The notes under the pieces: model-generated
What the model was told of the DNA's origin: nothing
Seen by the model: only the letters and a program-made list of their open reading frames with translations
Databases searched by the model: none
Program-made: the position numbers and the translations under genes
In this document: piece by piece, positions 28,989-38,821 of the stretch
Layout: each line of letters starts with the position of its first letter
How positions within the stretch are numbered: the first letter of the stretch is position 1
NCBI GenBank assembly: GCA_963786935.1
Contig: CAWBAN010000005.1
Span: forward strand, 128,001-192,000
Reading direction: 5' to 3'
Length of the DNA: 64,000 nt
Source: an uncultured bacterium
GTDB taxonomy: Bacteria; Krumholzibacteriota; Krumholzibacteriia; Krumholzibacteriales; Krumholzibacteriaceae

Positions 28989-30362
28989 ATGAGCACGTTC
29001 GATCGCCGGTTGTTCGCGGCGCTCTTTTTTTGCGCGCTCGCCCTCTCGGGATGCGGCGCGACTCGTCCGGCGGTCGAGAAGGCCCCCCCGGGCGCCGAGC
29101 CTCCCCGCGAGGTCCCCGTCATCGACACGGAACGGGCGCCGGCGTCTTCGCCCGAGGAGCCCGTCGCGGAAGCGGAAGCGCTCCGAATCCCGCTCGCCGA
29201 ATCTCCCCGCGTCAGGGTCATGATCCTCGAATCGAAACAGCCGATGCGCGTGAAGATCTCGTCCGCGTTCTCCATCGGTGTGGACGCGGGGGCGGAGCCG
29301 TTCGCCGCCGTCGGGCACGGGGGAGATTTCACCGTCAGGCTCTCGGGCGGGGAGGTCGTGCTCGCCGAGGGGAAGCGGCGGCTTATCTCGTCGGGCTCGG
29401 TGACCGTCGAGCCGGAGGAGGACGCTCGCGTCTCCCTCGCCGGCAAGACCTACCGGGGGGCCATGAGTTTCAGGCCGTTCAAGGGAGGGCTCGTCGCGAT
29501 CAATATCCTCGCCATCGACGATTACATCAAGGGGGTGCTCCCCTCGGAGATCGGGTACCTCAAGCCGCACCAGTACCAGGCGTCCCGGGCGCAGGCGATC
29601 GCGGCGCGCACGTACGCGCTGAGCAAGCTCGAGGAGAAGGCGGCGGAGATCTACGATCTCAACGCCACCGTGATGGATCAGGTCTACAAGGGAGCCGGCG
29701 CCGAGCACGAGGCCGCCTCGAGGGCCGTCGACGAGACGCGCGGGCTCGTCTGCACCTATCTCGGCGAGCCCATCAAGGCGTACTACAGCTCGTGCTGCGG
29801 AGGCCACACGGCCGATATCCGGGTCGCCTGGCCCTGGAAGACGCCGTACCCCTACCTCTACGGCGTTCGCGACACCGTGCCCGGGACCGACGGCCAATCC
29901 CTCTGCCGCGGCTCGAGCCATTTCCGGTGGCGCGTGCACTGGAGCGGCTCGTCGCTCTCGGGGATTCTCAAGCGCACCGTTCCGAAGGAGCTCAAGGTGA
30001 ACGCGCACGGCGTCGGCCGGCTCGCCGACGTGAGAACGATCGGCACGGCGCCGGACGGCAGGGCCGTCGGCGTCGAGATCGTGACGGACCGCGAGAGCTT
30101 CGAGGTGCTCGGGGACCGCGCGCGATGGGTGCTGAAACCCGATCCCGAATCGGAGGCAATTCTCAAGAGCACCCTCTTCAAGATCGAGGTCGCCGTATCG
30201 GGGAATCGGGTGACGGCCGTCGACATGATCGGTGGGGGGAACGGGCACGGCGTCGGGATGTGCCAGACGGGCGCCATCCGGATGGCGGAGCTCGGGTACT
30301 CCGGCGAGGACATCATCGCTCATTACTATCCGGGCTCGCGCATCGAGCTCGTCTACAGGTGA
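28989..30362 (+). CDS. SpoIID/LytB-domain lipoprotein (lytic transglycosylase-like)
   Basis: Lipobox LSGC; YIKGVLPSEI, AQAIAARTYAL, DQVYKG, YYSSCCGGHT, GNGHGVGMCQTGA. Confidence 0.9.
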   Translation: MSTFDRRLFAALFFCALALSGCGATRPAVEKAPPGAEPPREVPVIDTERAPASSPEEPVAEAEALRIPLAESPRVRVMILESKQPMRVKISSAFSIGVDAGAEPFAAVGHGGDFTVRLSGGEVVLAEGKRRLISSGSVTVEPEEDARVSLAGKTYRGAMSFRPFKGGLVAINILAIDDYIKGVLPSEIGYLKPHQYQASRAQAIAARTYALSKLEEKAAEIYDLNATVMDQVYKGAGAEHEAASRAVDETRGLVCTYLGEPIKAYYSSCCGGHTADIRVAWPWKTPYPYLYGVRDTVPGTDGQSLCRGSSHFRWRVHWSGSSLSGILKRTVPKELKVNAHGVGRLADVRTIGTAPDGRAVGVEIVTDRESFEVLGDRARWVLKPDPESEAILKSTLFKIEVAVSGNRVTAVDMIGGGNGHGVGMCQTGAIRMAELGYSGEDIIAHYYPGSRIELVYR

Positions 30363-30365
30363 ACG

Positions 30366-31915
30366 ATGCCCCGGGAGCTGCTGCAGACGCTCGCGCCGCA
30401 CATGATCGTCGGGCTCGAGGGCCCGCGCCTCTCCGACGACGAGAAGAGCCTCCTCGCGCGCAATCCGTTCCCCGGGGTCATTCTCTTCGAGCGCAACGTC
30501 GCCGATTCCCGGCAGCTCATGGAGCTCGCGCAGGGGCTCCGGAACGTCTTCCGCGCCTCGCGCGGGACCGTGCCGCTCGTCGCCGCGGATCACGAGGGAG
30601 GCGCCATTTCGGTTCTCGGGCGAGCGATCGGGGCGCCCCCCACGCAGGCGGCCGCGGCGCGCGCGGGGGACGATCGTCTCGTGGAGCGGCTCTTCGCCGA
30701 GAACGCGAGGCGGATGCGTGCCTGCGGCGTCAACTGGCTCCTCGGCCCCGTCGCCGACGTGAACTCCGATCCGCTGAATCCCGTCATCGGCACAAGGAGC
30801 TTCGGCGAGACGGCCGGGATCGTGTCGCCGCTCGTCTCGGCGGCCGTATCGGTCTCGCGGCGCGAGGGGGTGCTCACCTGCCTCAAGCATTTCCCCGGCC
30901 ACGGGCCGACATGCCTCGATTCTCATCTGGAGCTGCCGACGCTCGGCGCGACGCTCGATCAGCTGCGCGAGAGGGACATACCTCCCTTCGCGAGCGGGAT
31001 CGCCGCGGGGGCCGAATCGATCATGATGGGGCATATCGCTCCGCTCGGCCGCGCGCTTCCCGCCTCTCTCGATCCCGAGATCATCGGAGGAGTGCTCCGC
31101 GGGGAGCTCGGCTTCGGCGGCGCCGTCGTGACCGACGCGCTCGAGATGGAAGGGGTGAAGGTCGCGGGGCTGCGGGAGATCTGCGCCCGCGCCCTCGCCG
31201 CGGGAAACGACCTGCTCCTGTTCTCGAAGCCGGTCGGGGCCGTCGCCGCCGATCTCGAGACCGCCGGCGCGGCGGGGGAATCGGGCGCCGCGGACGATCC
31301 CTTCGCCGGTCTGTTTCTCGAGGCTTCCGCGGGCCGGATCGCTCGTCTCGTCGACGTGGCGGCCGCGCGGGAGCGCGAGTTCGATCTTCCGGGCGACGCG
31401 GGCATTTACCGGGAGATCGCCGCGAAATCGGTCGCCGTTCGTCGGGGTGGGGGACGGGGCCGGCGGGGGATGCGCCCGCGATCGATCCGGCGCGAGGCGC
31501 GAGCGCCGTTTTCTGGGCCGAGAAAGGCGAGTTCGACCGCTACCCCGCGCAGAGCTTCGTCGCCCGCGCGCTCAGGGCGCTCGGGATCGCGGAGGACGCG
31601 CGGATTCGTCCGCCCGCGGAAGAGCGCACCGGCCGGTATGCAGCGGAAGCCCGCGTCCCGCCTCCGTCGGCGGCGCAGCTGCAGGGCTGGGCCTATTCGC
31701 CCGTTCCGCAGCCGTCGGCCCCCCTCGAGATCGTGTTTCTGCTCAACCGGAGGCCTCTCGCCGAGGACGCGGTGAAGGATCTCTGCGCGGGGGCGGCGAG
31801 GATCGTGATCGCGGGCTGGCCCCACGCGGAGAAATTCGTGAGCGAGGGCCGGACGGTCGCGACCACGTTCGGCGTCTACGACGCCGCGGCGGACTTCGTC
31901 TGCCGCGCCCTGTAA
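30366..31915 (+). pseudogene. nagZ: GH3 beta-N-acetylhexosaminidase (NagZ-like) with apparent frameshift near 31444-31469
   Basis: ADHEGG, VIGTRSFG, KHFPGHG...DSH and VTDALEM are intact. After a G-run cluster the in-frame product is R/S/P-rich noise to 31775, while another frame gives a plausible C-terminus (...IVIAGWPH...TTFGVYDAAADFVCRAL) ending at 31915. Confidence 0.7.
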
Positions 31916-32114
31916 TCCAAACAATAACAACGGATTTGGGCGCCACGCTTCGGGATGGGGAAGGGCGCGCTTCGCGCCAGCCGAAATCGGTTGACAAGAC
32001 GCCTTTTCTCTGGTATTTATAGTCAGGCTGGCGCTAAAAGGTCGGCCATTTTTTGCGTTGCGAACGCGCCGTGCGGGGCCGCGTGGCCCGGCACTTGCAG
32101 CTATAGCCCTCGGC

Positions 32115-32191
32115 GGGGTCGTAGTTCAGTTGGTTAGAACGCCTGCCTGTCACGCAGGAGGTCGCGAGTTCGAGTCTCGTCGGCCCCGCCA
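32115..32191 (+). tRNA. tRNA-Asp (GTC)
   Basis: GGGGTCG/CGGCCCC acceptor stem, D-loop AGTTGGTTA, anticodon arm CCTGC-CTGTCAC-GCAGG, TTCGA T-loop, encoded CCA. Confidence 0.97.
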
Positions 32192-32286
32192 TTTTACTCT
32201 TCCCCGATAATAGCAAATGGGAGACGCCTGCGTTGCTGCGTGCCGTCATCCCATGCCGGTGGGAACCCAATGGGCCGATTCAACCA

Positions 32287-32315
32287 TTGAGGCGCGACGA
32301 TTCCTATGGTAAAAT
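32287..32315 (+). promoter_or_regulatory. sigma70-like promoter inside the islet
   Basis: TTGAGG-N17-TAAAAT with extended -10 TG. Confidence 0.5.
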
Positions 32316-32407
32316 GGAAAGACTGGGCTGAAGAGCATATTTCCAGCCCGGACTAAGTGAATCCGTTTTCAATTCATGACATGGCACTTCAGCTGGGAGG
32401 AGCACCC

Positions 32408-34843
32408 ATGAATTCCCGCGGAGCTGTCTGGGTAGCGGCAGTCTTTTGTCTGATCCCAATTCAACTCTTCGCCTTCGTCCCGCTTTTCAACGCTCGAATG
32501 GATTTTCCAACGGGGTATGGTCCCTCTCCTGCGTGCGCAGCCGATCTGGACGGAGACGGAGACATTGATCTGGCAGTGGGAAATGCGTCTTCCTCCAGCG
32601 TCTCGATCCTGATTAACGATGGGAATGGGAGCTTCGCGGCTCCCGTCGATTACGATGCGATTTCCCCCACATTCGTTTGCGCAGCCGATCTGGACGGAGA
32701 CGGGGATGTCGATCTGGCAGTGACGGCCGGGCTTGCCGGCATTGTGATCCTGAGGAACAATGGCGATGGGACCTTTGCGGCCGCCGTGAACTATGGCACG
32801 GGAGGCACCCCCTATTCTGTCTGCGCGGCCGACATGGACGGAGATGGGGATGTCGATCTGGCGGTGCCGGTCCAGATTGCCAGCATCTCGATCCTGAAGA
32901 ACAATGGGGATGGTACCTTTGCGGCTGCCGTGAGTTATGGCGTGGGGAGAGGTCCCCGGTCTGTTTGCGCGGCCGACCTCGACGGAGACGGGGATATCGA
33001 TCTGGCCTCGTCGGCTTCTGAAATCGGCTCTGTCTCGATCCTGAAGAACAACGGAAATGGTGCCTTTGCGGCTGCCGTGAACTATGGCGCGGGGGCCAGT
33101 CCCTGGTCTCTTTGCGCGGCTGACCTGGATGGGGACGGGGACAAAGATCTGGCAGTGGCGAACGAGGGCTCCACCAACGTTTCGATCCTCAAGAACAACG
33201 GAAATGGTACCTTTGCTGCCGCCGCGAACTATAACGCGGGAAGCTCCCCCTACTCCGTCTGCGCGGCTGATCTGGATGGAGACGGTGACAGCGATCTTGG
33301 AGTGGCGAATAATAGTTCCAATACAGTCTCGATTCTGAAGAATAATGGGAATGGGACCTTTATGGCCGCCGTAAATTACTACGTGGGGGCCGAACCCTGG
33401 TCTGTTTGCGCGGCTGATCTGGATGGAGACGGGGATGGAGATCTGGCAGTGGCGAGTTTTAGCTCCAATGCCGTCTCGATCCTGAAGAACAATGGGGATG
33501 GGAGCTTTGCAGTTGCCCCTAATTATGGAGTGGGAAGTAGTCCTTGGTCTGTTTGCGCGGCTGACTTGGACGGAGACTGGGACAGCGATTTGGCAGTGGT
33601 GAACGCCGGCTCCAATAATGTCTCGATCCTGAAGAACAACGGGGATGGGAGCTTTGTGGCTGCCGGGAATTATGGCGTGGGGAGCAGTCCCCGGTCTGCT
33701 TGCGCGGCCGACTTGGACGGAGACGACGACATCGATCTGGCGGTGACGAATTACGGTTCGGACAGCGTCTCGATCCTCAAAAACAATGGGAATGGCACCT
33801 TCGCGGCTGCCGAGAATTATGGCGTGGGGGATAGCCCCTGGTCTATTTGCGCGGCTGATGTGGACGGAGACGGGGACGTCGATCTGGCGGTGACGAATAT
33901 CAATTCCAATACTGTCTCGATCCTGTTTAACAATGGGGATGGGAGCTTCGCGGCTGCCGGGGAGTATGGTTCGGGGGATTATCCCCGGTCTGTTTGCGCG
34001 GCTGACCTGGATGGAGACGGGGATATCGATCTGGCAGTAACGAATGCCGGCTCCTATAGTATCTCAATCCTGAAGAACAAGGGCGATGGGACCTTTGCGG
34101 CTGGCGGGTATTATTTTGTGGGGGACTGGCCCCAGTCTGTTTGCGCGGCTGATCTGGATGGAGACGGGGACATCGATCTGGCGGTGGCGAACAACGGCTC
34201 CAATACTGTTTCTATCCTGAGCAACAATGGGAATGGAACTTTTGCGGCCGCCGAGAACTATGGCATGGGGAGCGGTCCCATCTCTGTGTGCGCGGCTGAC
34301 CTGGACGGAGATCTCGACAACGATTTGGCGGTGGCGAACTATGGCGCCAGTAACATCTCGATCCTGAGGAACAATCAGGATGCCACTTTTGCGGCTACCG
34401 AGAATTATGGCGTGGGGAATTGCCCCGCGTCCGTTTGCGCGGCTGACCTGGACGGAGATGGGGATATCGATCTGGCCGTCGCGAATGCCAATTCCAATAA
34501 TGTCTCCATTCTGATCAATGCATCGCCGGCGCCCACCAATGTCGATCCGATCGCAAGGATCCCGAAGAGCTCGATAGCGGCGGTATATCCGAATCCGTTC
34601 AATCCGTCCGTAACCATCGAGCTGCAGTGCTCCGGAACGAACAATCAGGCGGAGATCGGAATATTCGACGTTTCGGGCAAGAGGGTCAGGACATTATTCT
34701 CAGGTCGTTTGAACAGCGGCGCAAGCAAGATCGTTTGGAACGGCCGGTCGGATGCGGGGGCGCGAGTGGCGTCGGGGGTTTATTTCTGCAGGCTGCGGGC
34801 CGGGAGTGAGACCGATTTGAAAAAGATCATTTTGCTGAGATAG
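32408..34843 (+). CDS. FG-GAP/VCBS-like repeat protein (14 repeats) with C-terminal FlgD/T9SS-type domain
   Basis: GGAGGAG RBS, signal peptide, 14 copies of CAADLDGDGDxDLAV...VSILKNNGDGTF; YPNPFNP...WNGRSDAGARVASGVYFCRL...KKIILLR. Confidence 0.9.
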   Translation: MNSRGAVWVAAVFCLIPIQLFAFVPLFNARMDFPTGYGPSPACAADLDGDGDIDLAVGNASSSSVSILINDGNGSFAAPVDYDAISPTFVCAADLDGDGDVDLAVTAGLAGIVILRNNGDGTFAAAVNYGTGGTPYSVCAADMDGDGDVDLAVPVQIASISILKNNGDGTFAAAVSYGVGRGPRSVCAADLDGDGDIDLASSASEIGSVSILKNNGNGAFAAAVNYGAGASPWSLCAADLDGDGDKDLAVANEGSTNVSILKNNGNGTFAAAANYNAGSSPYSVCAADLDGDGDSDLGVANNSSNTVSILKNNGNGTFMAAVNYYVGAEPWSVCAADLDGDGDGDLAVASFSSNAVSILKNNGDGSFAVAPNYGVGSSPWSVCAADLDGDWDSDLAVVNAGSNNVSILKNNGDGSFVAAGNYGVGSSPRSACAADLDGDDDIDLAVTNYGSDSVSILKNNGNGTFAAAENYGVGDSPWSICAADVDGDGDVDLAVTNINSNTVSILFNNGDGSFAAAGEYGSGDYPRSVCAADLDGDGDIDLAVTNAGSYSISILKNKGDGTFAAGGYYFVGDWPQSVCAADLDGDGDIDLAVANNGSNTVSILSNNGNGTFAAAENYGMGSGPISVCAADLDGDLDNDLAVANYGASNISILRNNQDATFAATENYGVGNCPASVCAADLDGDGDIDLAVANANSNNVSILINASPAPTNVDPIARIPKSSIAAVYPNPFNPSVTIELQCSGTNNQAEIGIFDVSGKRVRTLFSGRLNSGASKIVWNGRSDAGARVASGVYFCRLRAGSETDLKKIILLR

Positions 34844-34855
34844 TCCGGCCCACAA

Positions 34856-34871
34856 GTCGGCCCCGCCATTT
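34856..34871 (+). repeat. Duplicated tRNA-Asp 3' end (attR-like)
   Basis: Exact copy of 32179-32194. Confidence 0.85.
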
Positions 34872-34932
34872 CAATACTCCCCAATGATGATTGCATGAGG
34901 CTGGATAGCGCCACCGATCATTTCCTGCCCCA

Positions 34933-34961
34933 TTGAAAATCCCCCGCGTTTCTGATAGAAT
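34933..34961 (+). promoter_or_regulatory. sigma70 promoter
   Basis: TTGAAA-N17-TAGAAT with extended -10 TG. Confidence 0.65.
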
Positions 34962-35004
34962 CAAGGCATTCCGCGGCACAAACCGGTTTGCAGGGAGGCA
35001 CTCC

Positions 35005-35619
35005 ATGAAGCGGTGCACGATTCTTTCAATCGGTATCCTCTGTATCGCGATAGCGGCGGTTCTCCTTAAAGCAAGCTCCGTGACCGCCGTTCTTCCGGAG
35101 GTCGGTTATATCGGCGTGTTCAAGGATGCGACTCACGACACCAATCCGGCTTCGGGGGGCGCCGGCTATAATGTATGCCCGGCCCAGTACGAACAGTTCC
35201 AGTGCTGGATCTGGTGCCTGCCGAGCTGGGAGGGTATGAGTGGGGCGGTGTTCGCCGTCAGCTTCCCGACGACGGTTGTGATTCTCAACACGGTCCAGAA
35301 TCCCGACATCAGGGCTTCTTTCGGAACGATTGTAGAGGGCATCGAGTTCGTCTTGAACCAGGACGTGTGCCAGATGGATTGGATGTGGACGCATCAAATC
35401 ACAATGCTGCGGCTGGGGCTCCCGACAGTTTCCGACAAGATCGAGATCGTTCCGCCTTCCAATCCGTACATGAGTTGGCTTGGGTTCTATATCTGCTACG
35501 CCGAGCCTTTTCCGGCCCCCATCGATGTTCTGACGCCTCTGTATATCTGCTGGTCGCCGGATCCGGGCCCTCTGGGCGTACAGGAAACGAATTGGGGAGC
35601 TATCAAGAGCTTGTTCTGA
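35005..35619 (+). CDS. Secreted cohesin-like protein, WGAIKSLF-tail family A (copy 4)
   Basis: GGAGG RBS; VLPEVGYIGVF...WIWCLP...CQMDWMW...LTPLYIC matches copy 1; ends LGVQETNWGAIKSLF. Confidence 0.8.
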   Translation: MKRCTILSIGILCIAIAAVLLKASSVTAVLPEVGYIGVFKDATHDTNPASGGAGYNVCPAQYEQFQCWIWCLPSWEGMSGAVFAVSFPTTVVILNTVQNPDIRASFGTIVEGIEFVLNQDVCQMDWMWTHQITMLRLGLPTVSDKIEIVPPSNPYMSWLGFYICYAEPFPAPIDVLTPLYICWSPDPGPLGVQETNWGAIKSLF

Positions 35620-35672
35620 GAAGCTATCCGCCCGCACGGCGAAACCGCGCATAGAGCGTTCCGTGCACAAAG

Positions 35673-35709
35673 AAAGGGCCCCGGAGCATGAAGCCCCGGG
35701 GCCCTTTTT
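35673..35709. terminator. Bidirectional Rho-independent terminator
   Basis: AAAGGGCCCCGG...CCGGGGCCCTTTTT between convergent genes. Confidence 0.8.
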
Positions 35710-35733
35710 CATTGCCGGTTTCCAATCCTGCGA

Positions 35734-36081
35734 TTAGAAGCGGTCCCGTCCGCCGCCGCCGCCACGACGACCGCCGCCGCCGTAACCGCCGCCGCCGCCG
35801 AATCCGCCGCCGCCGCCGCCGCGGGGCTTATCCTCGCGCGGCTGGGCCTCGCTGACCTTCAGCGCCCGGCCGTCGACTTCCTTGCCGTTGAGAGCCGCGA
35901 TGGCCTTATCGGCCTCTTCGTTGTTCTCCATCTCGACGAACCCGAAGCCCCTCGAGCGATCCGTGAACTTGTCCTTTATGACGCGGGCGGAGACCACGGC
36001 GCCGAAAGGCGTGAAAATCGAATTCAGCTGGTCGTCATTCGTATCGAACGACAGGTTGCCGACATAAATCTTCTTAGCCAT
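35734..36081 (-). CDS. RNA-binding protein (single RRM, Gly-rich tail)
   Basis: RNP2 IYVGNL, RNP1 RGFGFVEM, GG-rich tail. Confidence 0.95.
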   Translation of the reverse strand: MAKKIYVGNLSFDTNDDQLNSIFTPFGAVVSARVIKDKFTDRSRGFGFVEMENNEEADKAIAALNGKEVDGRALKVSEAQPREDKPRGGGGGGFGGGGGYGGGGRRGGGGGRDRF

Positions 36082-36528
36082 AGTAACGAAATCCTTTCAC
36101 TAACAAATGAACGTTCTGACGATTAATCCTCGAACTCTATGCTTTCCCTGAACCGATAAGCTTCACCTCTCCTTCGAATTCATGTCCCCGATCGTTGAAA
36201 GGCTGCCCCGCTCCGGGGCCCGCCCACGCAATATGCTACAAGATTGATATCGATTCAGAATTGTCCCGGGATTGACGAGGGAGGCATGCACTGCATCGAT
36301 AGGGCTCTTGAGCCGAGCGATCTTGGGTTCTGAACTACTGACTGGCTCTGACCACTCCTTCGGAAAACGATACACTGACAAAGTATAATGCATGTTTCAT
36401 GCAAAAAGCGAGCGGATTTTTCGATTTTTTCGGGAATTATCGAAAGGGCCGATTCCCGGGGATGCGGAGGGAGCGGCCGCTTTTCGCGCCGCTCCCTCCC
36501 TGAGATTCGCCGATTTTCGGGATCTTCT

Positions 36529-36861
36529 CTAGAACCGGTCCCGACCGCCGCCGCCGCCCCTGCGGCCGCCGCCGCCGCCGCCGAATCCGCCGCCGCCGCC
36601 GCGGGGCTTATCCTCGCGCGGCTGCGCCTCGCTGACCTTGAGCGCCCGGCCGTCGATCGTCTTTCCGTTGAGCTCCGCGATCGCCTTATCGGCTTCCGCG
36701 TTGTTCTCCATCTCGACGAAACCGAAGCCGCGGGAACGCCCGGTGAGCCGGTCCATGATGACGTTGGCCGAGTTGATCTGACCGTAGGTCTGGAAAAGCT
36801 GATTGAGCTTATCGTCGGTGGTGTCGAAGGACAGATTGCCGACGTAGATTTTCTTTGCCAT
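36529..36861 (-). CDS. RNA-binding protein (single RRM, Gly-rich tail), tandem paralog
   Basis: Same motifs as 35734-36081 and the same GTGAAAGGATT RBS region. Confidence 0.95.
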   Translation of the reverse strand: MAKKIYVGNLSFDTTDDKLNQLFQTYGQINSANVIMDRLTGRSRGFGFVEMENNAEADKAIAELNGKTIDGRALKVSEAQPREDKPRGGGGGFGGGGGGRRGGGGGRDRF

Positions 36862-37190
36862 CGCGACAGAATCCTTTCACGAGCATTTTCAGAAGTTCGA
36901 AAATTGACTGCTGGCTCTACGCACGTTCCTGACCGATACGCCCACCTCTCTTTGTCTGCGAAACCCTGAACCTCGCGAGCCAGGAGCCGAGACGCCCCGG
37001 CCGCACCCGTCACGAAATCGACCTTGGAATCGATCGAGCCGGATTATACCACCGCCGCCGCCGCCGAAACCAGCGAATTTTTCATCAAGAATGTTGTAGG
37101 AAAAAGGGTGACTTGTTATCATGCCGCGTAATAAAACATCATACCGGTTCCCGTTTTCGAAACCTCTTTGCGAAAGAAAGAGAGTGAACC

Positions 37191-38588
37191 ATGACTGAAA
37201 AGGTCTATCAGCTTCTCAGCGAATCCAAGAAAGCGCGTTGGGCGGCCCTCTTGATCGTTGCTTTCACCATGTTCGCCGGATATTATCTGGCCGATCTCAT
37301 GGCGCCTCTCCAGAACATGCTCCAGGGACAGCTGGGTTGGAGCAGCACCGATTATGGCTGGTATACCGGGGCCTACGGCTGGTTCAACGTCTTCTTCTTC
37401 TTCCTGATCATCGGCGGGATCATCCTCGACAAGACGGGCATCCGCTTTTCCGGAATGACCTCTGCCATCGTCATGGTATGCGGCGCGGGGATGAAATACT
37501 GGGCGATCACGACCCACGTCCTCGACGGTCACTCCTGGCATATCCTTTTCTGGACCTTCCCGGCGCAGGTCTGGATGGCGGCCCTCGGATACGCCGTCTT
37601 CGGCGTCGGGCTCGAGGTCGCCGGCATCACCACTTCCAAGGTCATCGTCAAATGGTTCAAGGGGCACGAGCTGGCCCTCGGCATGGGGCTCCAGCTGGCT
37701 ATCGCCCGCATGGGCACGGCGCTGGCGCTCTCGACCTCCGTGCCCATCGCCAAGCATTTCGGCACGGTCAGCGCCCCCCTGCTCATCTGCCTCATCATGC
37801 TCTGCATCGGCGTGCTCGCCTTCTTCGTTTACACCTTGAGCGACAAGAAGCTCGACGCGTCGCTGGCCAAGATTCGGGGCACGGTCGAAAAACCGAGCGA
37901 GGAAGAGTTCCACCTGAAGGACATCCTGGTCATCATCACCAACCGAGCCTGGTGGTATCTGGCCATACTCTGCGCCCTCTTCTATTCGGGGGTGTTCCCC
38001 TTCCTGAAATACGCGACGAGTCTCATGATCAACAAGTTTCACGTCCCGGAAAACCTGGCGGGCCTCATCCCGTCGCTGCTCCCCTTCGGCACCATTCTGC
38101 TCACGCCCTTCTTCGGCAACCTCTTCGACCGAAAGGGCAAAGGGGCGACCATCATGATCGTCGGGGCGCTGTTGATCATTCTCGTGCACTTCCTCTTCTC
38201 GATTCCCTTGCTCAACCACTGGTTCATCGCCGTCCTGCTGATGATCGTCCTCGGGATCGCGTTCTCTCTCGTGCCCTCGGCGATGTGGCCTTCGGTGGCC
38301 AAGATCATTTCGGAGAAACAGCTCGGCACCGCGTATGCTCTGGTCTTCTGGATCCAGAACATGATCGCCCTGATGTTCGTCCCGGCGATGATCGGATGGG
38401 TGCTCGATAAGTACTGCGTCCTGTCGACCGCCGTCGTTGACGGCCAGACGACGACATCGTACAACTACACGATCCCGATGATCATCTTCACCGTCGTCGG
38501 CGTGCTGTCGCTCGTGTTCGCGTTCCTGCTGAAGCTCGAGGACAAGCGGAAGGGCTACGGGCTGGAGCTGCCGAACATCAAGAGCTAG
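37191..38588 (+). CDS. MFS transporter
   Basis: About 12 TM helices; GGIILDKTGIR and FGNLFDRKGK motif-A variants; KWFKGHELALGMG. Confidence 0.9.
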   Translation: MTEKVYQLLSESKKARWAALLIVAFTMFAGYYLADLMAPLQNMLQGQLGWSSTDYGWYTGAYGWFNVFFFFLIIGGIILDKTGIRFSGMTSAIVMVCGAGMKYWAITTHVLDGHSWHILFWTFPAQVWMAALGYAVFGVGLEVAGITTSKVIVKWFKGHELALGMGLQLAIARMGTALALSTSVPIAKHFGTVSAPLLICLIMLCIGVLAFFVYTLSDKKLDASLAKIRGTVEKPSEEEFHLKDILVIITNRAWWYLAILCALFYSGVFPFLKYATSLMINKFHVPENLAGLIPSLLPFGTILLTPFFGNLFDRKGKGATIMIVGALLIILVHFLFSIPLLNHWFIAVLLMIVLGIAFSLVPSAMWPSVAKIISEKQLGTAYALVFWIQNMIALMFVPAMIGWVLDKYCVLSTAVVDGQTTTSYNYTIPMIIFTVVGVLSLVFAFLLKLEDKRKGYGLELPNIKS

Positions 38589-38821
38589 CGCGGGTCCTGT
38601 CGGCGATTGCACCCCGCCCGTGCTCGCTCGCAAGGCTCGCTGCGCAGCGTGCGGGGGCCCCATCGCCGCCACCCGCGCGTGCAGATAGTTGCGCGCGGGG
38701 CGGGGACCCCATCGACGTCACCCGCTGCCGGGGCGGGCGGTGGACATTCCCGCGAACGAGCCCATTGGAGCCCTGCGACTGGGCTCGGAGCGGGAGTGTC
38801 CACCGCCTTCTCGCCAGCCCG

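Larger units (their letters stand above)
32179..34871. mobile_element. Integrase-less genomic islet at the tRNA-Asp 3' end
   Basis: 16-bp direct repeat GTCGGCCCCGCCATTT at 32179-32194 and 34856-34871. The enclosed DNA is visibly lower in GC, with many T-ending codons. Confidence 0.75.

Noticed and set aside
23772..31034. 2420-aa minus-strand ORF, and similar long ORFs at 545-2788, 8622-11651, 16950-19922 and 47441-49684
   Set aside because: Antisense shadows of real genes in high-GC DNA; R/G/A-rich with no recognisable motifs.
32530..34520. Regular repeats as a possible CRISPR array or DGR template/variable pair
   Set aside because: They are in-frame protein repeats with synonymous variation. 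There is no repeat-spacer structure, no cas gene and no reverse transcriptase in the window.
37045..37075. (GCC)n tract resembling the RRM Gly-tail coding sequence, as a possible third-copy remnant
   Set aside because: Low-complexity match only, with no RRM residues nearby. It abuts a minus-strand TGGTATAAT that is probably just the promoter.
38589..38821. GC-rich palindromic spacer (similar patches near 31945, 44360 and 46180) as REP/MITE elements
   Set aside because: No exact repeated unit, terminal inverted repeats or target duplication that I could verify by eye.
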